Assembly (NCBI GenBank): GCA_038245785.1
Contig: JBBRSB010000011.1
Location: forward strand, 32,001 to 96,000
Length of the DNA: 64,000 nucleotides
DNA from: Gloeobacterales cyanobacterium
GTDB taxonomy: Bacteria > Cyanobacteriota > Cyanobacteriia > Gloeobacterales > PMM-0068
Direction of reading: 5' to 3'
Shown: piece after piece, positions 58,176-64,000 of the stretch
Layout: the number at the start of each line of letters is the position of its first letter
How positions within the stretch are numbered: the stretch's first letter is position 1
Notes under the pieces: generated by a model
Databases searched by the model: none
Told to the model about the DNA's origin: nothing
Seen by the model: the letters and a program-made list of their open reading frames with translations, nothing else
Translations under genes and position numbers: made by a program

Positions 58176-59090
58176 CTAAGGCAAATAGGGCCTTGGATCT
58201 ATGGGTTTGCCAGCGACATGGAGCTCGAAGTGGAGATGGGGGCCTGTGCAATGTCCGGTACATCCCATCAGCATGATCGGTGCGCCCTGATTAACAGGCT
58301 GTCCCACGCGCACCAAAATCTTCTCAGCGTGGGCATAGCGGCTGATGCTCCCGTCCTGATGGCGAATATCAATGCCATTGCCATAGCCATGTCCGACTGC
58401 ATTCATCCCTGCTGCAATCACAATGCCGCTTTTAACCGCTAGTACAGGAGTGCCGATCGGTGCTGCAATATCGATGCCTGCATGTAATTTGCCCCAGCGC
58501 ATCCCATAGGAAGAGGTGAGACGGCCAGTGGAAGGCATGATGAATCGGCTGTCAGTATTCGATGGGCTTGCCCCTGACATACTAGCGATTGTTTGCTTAT
58601 TGGTTATACTGCCAGTTTGTTGTGGCTGAACTTGTGACGGGGAAGATGCTTCATTTGCTTCTGGTTGACGCTCAATATTTTTATCTCGGCCCAGATTTCC
58701 TATGGCTGCTGCAACGTTCCGGTCTTGTATCGTGGAATATTGGCGGTCTTCGTGCAGAGAGATTACGGCTTCTAGGGTGGCAGGATTTACAGATGAGGTA
58801 GGATTTGGAAGAAAAGTAGAGAGATATAAAGTAAGTGGCACTAAACCAGTGATAAAAACAGCAAGAGGGATAAATAACTTGAATTTTGGCCTCGGCTTTT
58901 TGGGGATAGCCACAATTTGGGTTTCGGAAGTGCCCTTGCGTGTTTCTAAGAGGTTCGGTGAGGTCATAGCGGAGAGAGGAGGGAGCTTAAAAAAACTTAT
59001 AACAGTATGGGGATCATGGCAAGGATTCTCATTTATTACAATGAATGGCTTAGCTGTAAACTTCTCCCAAAAGGGTGAATTAGAGGACAA
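58176..59090 (-). CDS. M23 family metallopeptidase, membrane-anchored; start uncertain
   Basis: HAGIDIAAPIGTPV, YAH, TGPHLHFE. Confidence 0.9.
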   Translation of the reverse strand: MSSNSPFWEKFTAKPFIVINENPCHDPHTVISFFKLPPLSAMTSPNLLETRKGTSETQIVAIPKKPRPKFKLFIPLAVFITGLVPLTLYLSTFLPNPTSSVNPATLEAVISLHEDRQYSTIQDRNVAAAIGNLGRDKNIERQPEANEASSPSQVQPQQTGSITNKQTIASMSGASPSNTDSRFIMPSTGRLTSSYGMRWGKLHAGIDIAAPIGTPVLAVKSGIVIAAGMNAVGHGYGNGIDIRHQDGSISRYAHAEKILVRVGQPVNQGAPIMLMGCTGHCTGPHLHFELHVAGKPIDPRPYLP

Positions 59091-59195
59091 AGTGGCATCG
59101 GTGCTGTCGCAGCCCTCCTAAAAAGCTACGCATGGACAAGAAATCCCTGGTCGTTGGCTTACGTTAAAATGACAGCATCCGGCTAACTGAGTGGC

Positions 59196-59981
59196 ATGAC
59201 GCAATCTCCACCTGACTCCCTGCAAGAGGATGACCCCTCCCAATTGCCCGCAGAGGATCCTGATCCAACAGAGGACTTTCCCTTCGAAGTGGAAATGTCT
59301 TTATTTGATCACCTCGATGAACTACGCAAACGACTCATCGTCGCTATAGCCGCTATCACGGTCACGACCGTAGGCTCTTTTTTCTTTATCAACCAAATCG
59401 TTTCTTTCTTGCAGGTCCCAGCGGGCAAAGTTAAATTTATTCAAACCGCTCCTGGTGAATATTTCTTTGTTTCTTTCAAGGCCGCAGCCTATGTCGGTAT
59501 TTTGATTGCTGCTCCCGTAATTCTCTACCAAATAGTCCAGTTTATTTTGCCTGCTTTAACCCGGAGAGAACGGCGATTTGTCTTGCCTGTGGTGGTTGCC
59601 TCCAGCATCTTATTCGCGCTGGGATTAGCTTTTGCCTACTACGCTATGATTCCTGCGGCTATGAACTTTTTTGTGAGCTATGGAGCTGGGGTTGTAGAAC
59701 AGAACTGGACTATTGATAAGTACTTTGACCTGATCTTTGTCATCCTCTTAAGCACCGGATTGGTCTTTGAAGTGCCTGTCCTCCAAGTTCTACTGGGCGT
59801 TACAGGATTAGTTTCTTCCCGCCAAATGTTCGAAAACTGGCGCTATATCATCTTGGCGGCGGTAATTTTAGGTGCAGTCATTACTCCTTCCACAGACCCA
59901 CTCACGCAGATGCTTTTGGCAGGTGCGGTGAGCGGACTGTACTTTGGAGGCGCTGCTGCGGTGAAGCTCTTAGGACGTTAG
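59196..59981 (+). CDS. tatC: Twin-arginine translocase subunit TatC
   Basis: EMSLFDHLDELRKRL, FILPALTRRE, GLVFEVP, ITPSTDP. Confidence 0.97.
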   Translation: MTQSPPDSLQEDDPSQLPAEDPDPTEDFPFEVEMSLFDHLDELRKRLIVAIAAITVTTVGSFFFINQIVSFLQVPAGKVKFIQTAPGEYFFVSFKAAAYVGILIAAPVILYQIVQFILPALTRRERRFVLPVVVASSILFALGLAFAYYAMIPAAMNFFVSYGAGVVEQNWTIDKYFDLIFVILLSTGLVFEVPVLQVLLGVTGLVSSRQMFENWRYIILAAVILGAVITPSTDPLTQMLLAGAVSGLYFGGAAAVKLLGR

Positions 59982-61489
59982 CTGTCTAACTTAGCTTTGA
60001 GCAATTCATTAATCAGTTCGGGAGCTGCCCGTCCTTTAGTTTTTGCCATCGCCTGACCGACAAAGAAGCCAAAGATCTTGGTTTTACCGGAGCGGTATTG
60101 TTCTACCTGTGTAGGATTCGCCTCAATAATTTCTTGAACTAAGGCTTCTAGCTGTCCTTGATCAGAAATTTGAGTCAGTCCTTTAGCTTCTACCAATGTC
60201 TTAGGAGAACCGCCTTTTTCTAACAGTTCAGGCAAGATATCTTTGGCAATCTTGGAGCTGATCGTTCCACCTGCAATGAGCTTAGTCAGTTCAGCTAGGG
60301 ATTCAGGGGTGAGGGGCAGGTTGGTGACGGTTTGGTTGGAGTCGTTGAGAAACTTGGCGATGTCGCTCATGATCCAGTTGGCAGCAGCTTTTGGTTCTGC
60401 GCCTGCGGCCAGAGCCGCTTCATAGTACTTGGCGGTCTCCTGCTCTTCGGTCAGATAGTTGGCATCGTAGGGAGAGAGGCCCAGGTCTTCGCGGTAATGC
60501 CTCCGCTTGGCATGAGGTAATTCAGGGAGCTGTGCCCGGTAGGTTTCCAGTAAGTCAGCGCTCACTTTGATCGGCACTAGATCGGGTTCAGGGAAATAGC
60601 GGTAGTCATCAGACCCTTCTTTCAGTCGCATCGAAGTAGTCTTCTGCAGATTTTCATCCCAGAGACGCGTCTCTTGACGGATCATGTCATCGGTGTCTGT
60701 GGGGTCTAGTTCACTGGGGTCACTGCTCAAAACGTGGACCTGACGGACAAATTCATAATCAATCGCTCGTTGAATCGCATTGAACGAACTCATGTTTTTG
60801 ATTTCGGTTTTCGTGCCAAAAGCCTCACGACCGATGGGACGAATGGAAATATTCACATCACAGCGCATCGAACCTTCTTGCATGTTTCCGTCGCATACAC
60901 CCAGATAGCGCAGCACTTTGCGCAGTTCTTGCACATAGGTAGCCGCTTCGTAGGCGGTGCGGATATCCGGCTCGGAGACGATTTCGAGTAAGGCCATGCC
61001 GGAGCGGTTGTAGTCCACGAGAGAGTAGGGAGAATTGGAAAGTCGGTCGCCACTGCCATGCACGAGCTTGCCAGCATCCTCTTCCATGTGAATACGGGTA
61101 ATCCCAATCCGCTTCATATCGACGCCATTCTCCAGCGGAATCTCAATCCAGCCATGTTCACAGATCGGCAAATCGTATTGGGAAACTTGATAGTTCTTGG
61201 GTAGATCCGGATAGAAATACTGTTTACGGTCAAATTTGCTCAGACCCTTAGGCGCAATCTGACAGTTCAGCGCCAGTCCCGCTTTCAGCGCATATTCTAA
61301 GACGCGCTTGTTGAGCACGGGCAAAACACCTGGCTGCCCGGTACAGACAGGACAAATATTCGTATTCGGTGGCGCTGCAAACTGAGTGGAGCAGCCACAG
61401 AAGATCTTAGTCTTGGTACTGAGTTGGGCATGAACCTCAAGACCAATCACCATCTCATAGGCCGTCTTCGTTGGGGATGCAACCGTCAT
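59978..61489 (-). CDS. gatB: Asp-tRNA(Asn)/Glu-tRNA(Gln) amidotransferase subunit B
   Basis: IGLEVHAQL, FDRKQYFYPDLPK, HMEEDAGK, RCDVNIS, DYRYFPEPDL. Confidence 0.98.
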   Translation of the reverse strand: MTVASPTKTAYEMVIGLEVHAQLSTKTKIFCGCSTQFAAPPNTNICPVCTGQPGVLPVLNKRVLEYALKAGLALNCQIAPKGLSKFDRKQYFYPDLPKNYQVSQYDLPICEHGWIEIPLENGVDMKRIGITRIHMEEDAGKLVHGSGDRLSNSPYSLVDYNRSGMALLEIVSEPDIRTAYEAATYVQELRKVLRYLGVCDGNMQEGSMRCDVNISIRPIGREAFGTKTEIKNMSSFNAIQRAIDYEFVRQVHVLSSDPSELDPTDTDDMIRQETRLWDENLQKTTSMRLKEGSDDYRYFPEPDLVPIKVSADLLETYRAQLPELPHAKRRHYREDLGLSPYDANYLTEEQETAKYYEAALAAGAEPKAAANWIMSDIAKFLNDSNQTVTNLPLTPESLAELTKLIAGGTISSKIAKDILPELLEKGGSPKTLVEAKGLTQISDQGQLEALVQEIIEANPTQVEQYRSGKTKIFGFFVGQAMAKTKGRAAPELINELLKAKLDS

Positions 61490-61546
61490 CGCGGATTCCT
61501 TGGAGTATCTCTACTCAATCTTAAACGGTATGGTGCTGGCTCTGTC

Positions 61547-61684
61547 CTAGCTGGCTTGTGCCAAAGAGCGAACGGTGAGAATTTTATCAGCGCGTAAGGC
61601 TTCTACAGCAGAGAGTGGAACCGCTACCACTGCGATTGATTCACCGACGGCGTTAAATACTTTTAAATTACTATGTTCTTGCAT
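61547..61684 (-). pseudogene. C-terminal fragment of a DUF4926-like protein
   Basis: MQEHSNLKVFNAVGESIAVVAVPLSAVEALRADKILTVRSLAQAS*; resembles the LEVFNAxGxxIAVV C-terminus I recall for this family; N-terminal half absent. Confidence 0.6.
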
Positions 61685-61786
61685 TAACTTCGCAATTTTG
61701 CTAAGATTCTAGCAGTGCAAGAGTGCGGTGTGCAAACAAAATTGACACCTCAACTAAGCTGCGAATACCTATATTTAGGGGACCTA

Positions 61787-62086
61787 GTGCATGTTATTTC
61801 TAAGAAACGATTGCAGAAATTTTGGACAAAGCATTCTGATGCTGAGCCCAGTCTAAGTGAATGGTATAAACGTATAAATTCTAAAGAGTTTAAAAATTTT
61901 GTTGAGTTGCGAAAGGACTTCCCTGCAGCAGATCAGGTTGGAAAGCTCACCGTATTTAACATTGGAAAGAAATATAGACTTATTACTTTCGTGGACTATG
62001 AGTACCAAAAGGTTTTCATTCGTGATGTGCTAACACATGCAGAATATGACAAAGAAAAGTGGAAACGTGACCTCTGGAATATCTGA
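61787..62086 (+). CDS. higB: HigB toxin (RelE-like mRNA interferase)
   Basis: GTG start MHVISKKRL..FW, ADQVGKLTVFNIG..YRLIT, LTHAEYDK. Confidence 0.93.
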   Translation: MHVISKKRLQKFWTKHSDAEPSLSEWYKRINSKEFKNFVELRKDFPAADQVGKLTVFNIGKKYRLITFVDYEYQKVFIRDVLTHAEYDKEKWKRDLWNI

Positions 62087-62480
62087 ACCTCCTTCTTACG
62101 TGGACTTGCTGATAGCTTTTCCTCCACGCACGATTAAGTCGGAGGAAGAACTTGATGTGATACAAGAAGTTATTGACGGGCTGATTGATAAAGGGGACTT
62201 GACCTCAGATGAACGAGATTATCTCAATCTTCTAGGAACCTTGGTTTATGAGTATGAAGAAGAGCATTATCCTATTCCTGATATTCATGGAGTAGAGCTG
62301 CTCAAAGTCTTGCTCATTGAACGGGATCTTCGCCAAAAAGACTTGATACCTGTGTTTAAGACAGAATCCGTTGTGTCCTCTGTTTTAAGTGGTCAACGAA
62401 AGCTCACAGCTAATCACATTCAAAAGCTTGGTGAATTCTTTCACATCTCTCCAGCCGTATTTTTTCCAGCTGTTAAATAG
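62037..62480 (+). CDS. higA: HigA antitoxin
   Basis: FPPRTIKSEEE, LRQKDLIPVFKTESVVSSVLSGQRKLT; overlaps the higB 3' end. Confidence 0.92.
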   Translation: MQNMTKKSGNVTSGISEPPSYVDLLIAFPPRTIKSEEELDVIQEVIDGLIDKGDLTSDERDYLNLLGTLVYEYEEEHYPIPDIHGVELLKVLLIERDLRQKDLIPVFKTESVVSSVLSGQRKLTANHIQKLGEFFHISPAVFFPAVK

Positions 62481-62492
62481 GATTGGGTCGAA

Positions 62493-62561
62493 GCCCCCTA
62501 AATCCCCCAATTCTGGGGGACTTTGAGGTCAGAACCCCCCAAAGTTGGGGGGCAGGGGGGC
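62493..62561. repeat. Dispersed REP-like palindromic repeat, copy 2
   Basis: Near-identical to 17577-17644; sits between convergent higA and M48 genes. Confidence 0.85.
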
Positions 62562-63394
62562 TATGTGCGCCCTAGATACTCCCCGTCATAAATCTTTTGA
62601 TAGCCTGGACTCTGAAACCAGCGGTCGATTTCCTTGGCTCGCAAGACAGGAACTGGATGGGTGCGCTCTATCGTTTGGGCCAGGCGTATTGCTTTGCCTA
62701 AGGGGTCTTTGGAGGATTCTTCGTAGTGACGAGCCTGGTCAATAAAACTATCTAAATCCAGTTCATCGACCAGGGAGGGTGAGCCGCCAGAAAGTTTCAT
62801 CAATAAAGACATGACTATCCGTGGGTCTTGAGCCACGAGCAGGGCTGCGCGGTCACAGGTGAACTCGGCACAACGCACCCATTCCAATAGCTGCAGCCTC
62901 AGGGGACGTTCTAAGACCATCCCAATTCGCGGGAGTTGACCAGCAGCCAGGATCAACAGATTGGCAATCGTTAAATAGACGCTGTGCTCACATTTCAGAT
63001 GGCCCAATTCATGAGCAATTACGGCCTGGCTTTCTTCATCTGTTAAAAGTTCTAAAAGAGAAGTATGAATAACAACAAATGATTGTCGATTGTTGACAGC
63101 AAAAGTGTAGGCATTGGGCACCGGGTTTTGGCGCACATAGAGCTGGGGAACTTCAATATCCAATACGGAACAGGCTTCTTTGTGCAGCGTATGGAGTTTA
63201 GAGAGCTGTTTGGGACCGACCTGAATGGCGGAAGAAAGATTATCTAGATGAAAAAATTGCGAGGCTACAGGAAACAAAGTTGTACGTAGCAGGAAATCTA
63301 ATCCAGGGATCTGCTGGAGGCTTTGAGTCGCCTGTTTGTCCAGAGGATGACGAAAGTTTTCTGCTGTGAGGCTGGTGAAAGTGCGCTTACCCAT
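62561..63394 (-). CDS. M48 family zinc metallopeptidase
   Basis: FRHPLD, PNAYT, HELGHLKCEH, EFTCDRAA, THP. Confidence 0.93.
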   Translation of the reverse strand: MGKRTFTSLTAENFRHPLDKQATQSLQQIPGLDFLLRTTLFPVASQFFHLDNLSSAIQVGPKQLSKLHTLHKEACSVLDIEVPQLYVRQNPVPNAYTFAVNNRQSFVVIHTSLLELLTDEESQAVIAHELGHLKCEHSVYLTIANLLILAAGQLPRIGMVLERPLRLQLLEWVRCAEFTCDRAALLVAQDPRIVMSLLMKLSGGSPSLVDELDLDSFIDQARHYEESSKDPLGKAIRLAQTIERTHPVPVLRAKEIDRWFQSPGYQKIYDGEYLGRT

Positions 63395-63468
63395 GATGCT
63401 CTGAATTTTGGTCTCTCTCCAGCATGGCATAATCTTTTGGAACTGGGCCTGCGCTTTTCGGTTTGGCT

Positions 63469-63633
63469 CTACCCTTTCAAACCAATTAGCGTTAGTAGCC
63501 CTTTGCTGTATACGATTTCAAGGATGATGAGCGCAGCAAACCCAATCATGGCCAAGCGCCCGTTAAGTTTCTCGGCATAGGGGACAAATCCGACCTTGCC
63601 CTCTTCAATATCCCTGCGGCGGGAGGTAGCCAT
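63469..63633 (-). CDS. hli: High-light-inducible protein (HLIP / chlorophyll a/b-binding), 54 aa, missing from the ORF track
   Basis: [54 protein letters not shown]; canonical ExxNGRxAMxG. Confidence 0.93.
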   Translation of the reverse strand: MATSRRRDIEEGKVGFVPYAEKLNGRLAMIGFAALIILEIVYSKGLLTLIGLKG

Positions 63634-63650
63634 GATAAATCCTAGAATTC

Positions 63651-63691
63651 TTTATATATCTTTACACTATAGCGAACGCTTTATTTGTAAA
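63651..63691. promoter_or_regulatory. HLR1-like (RpaB) direct repeat at the hli promoter
   Basis: TTTATATA-tc-TTTACACT at 63651-63668; another TTTACAAA on the minus strand at 63684-63691. Confidence 0.45.
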
Positions 63692-63711
63692 TAAACGCAG
63701 AGACTCACAAC

Positions 63712-64000
63712 ATGCATGGCCCACAAACCTCTGAAGGGATCAAAATCCTAAAATCTGAGTTGCGGCAGAGGCTGCTGGCTGAACGCTTAGCTCTTTCTCC
63801 AGAAAGTGTAAAAGCAGAAGAATTGGCCATTTATAAATTCTTGAGTCAGTGGTCTACTTTCCAAGACGCCCGCTCGGTCCTATCGTTTCTAGCCTTCCGC
63901 AATGAGCCGGACCTGACGGCTTTGATGAACTCTTACCCAGACAAACAATGGGCTATTCCCCGCTGTGTTGGCCAAGAACTGACTTGGCACAGCTATCCAG
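63712..64000 (+). CDS. 5-formyltetrahydrofolate cyclo-ligase, truncated by the window end
   Basis: Manual translation KSELRQRLLAER..ARSVLSFLAFRNEPDL..WAIPRC. Confidence 0.85.
   Translation, partial: MHGPQTSEGIKILKSELRQRLLAERLALSPESVKAEELAIYKFLSQWSTFQDARSVLSFLAFRNEPDLTALMNSYPDKQWAIPRCVGQELTWHSYP

Noticed and set aside
61575..61613. Plus-strand VRILSARKASTAE resembling the BrnT toxin C-terminus (IRIISARKA)
   Set aside because: The opposite strand gives a longer, better match to a DUF4926-like C-terminus ending at a stop codon; the BrnT-like motif is probably an antisense shadow
63634..63711. Possible 6S RNA upstream of the 5-formyl-THF cyclo-ligase (ssrS-ygfA linkage in some bacteria)
   Set aside because: The gap is only 78 nt and is a divergent promoter shared with hli

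Overview
Chromosomal segment from a cyanobacterium. Lineage markers are a HLIP, an Sll1252/YlmH S4 protein, a phycobilisome-lyase HEAT-repeat protein, a Psb34-like motif protein and Uma2/Rpn families. I noticed no HIP1 (GCGATCGC) octamers by eye, which hints at an early-branching lineage such as Gloeobacterales (inference). A housekeeping backbone (pmbA-like, rlmH, speA, gcvT, nadC, secDF, fur, hisH, tatC, gatB) is interleaved with accessory blocks: (i) a deletion scar that fuses a 5'-truncated higB head-to-head with a 5'-truncated Rpn/DUF2887 gene; (ii) an orphan HisKA_3 sensor kinase whose response regulator appears to survive only as 'MIR', divergent from an RTX cargo-PPIase-HlyB-HlyD type I secretion operon; (iii) an atypical sigma-70 factor with methyltransferase, SRPBCC and DedA neighbours; (iv) a co-oriented NACHT(HTH)-small Zn-ribbon-Crp-CxxS thioredoxin-DUF1993-DsbA cluster, the best candidate for an undescribed thiol/redox signalling or defence system; (v) REP-like repeats with decayed RAYT and DUF559 genes; (vi) several small ORFs and remnants below the ORF-track cut-off. 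No rRNA, tRNA or CRISPR array was seen. All family assignments come from motif recognition only; no searches were run.
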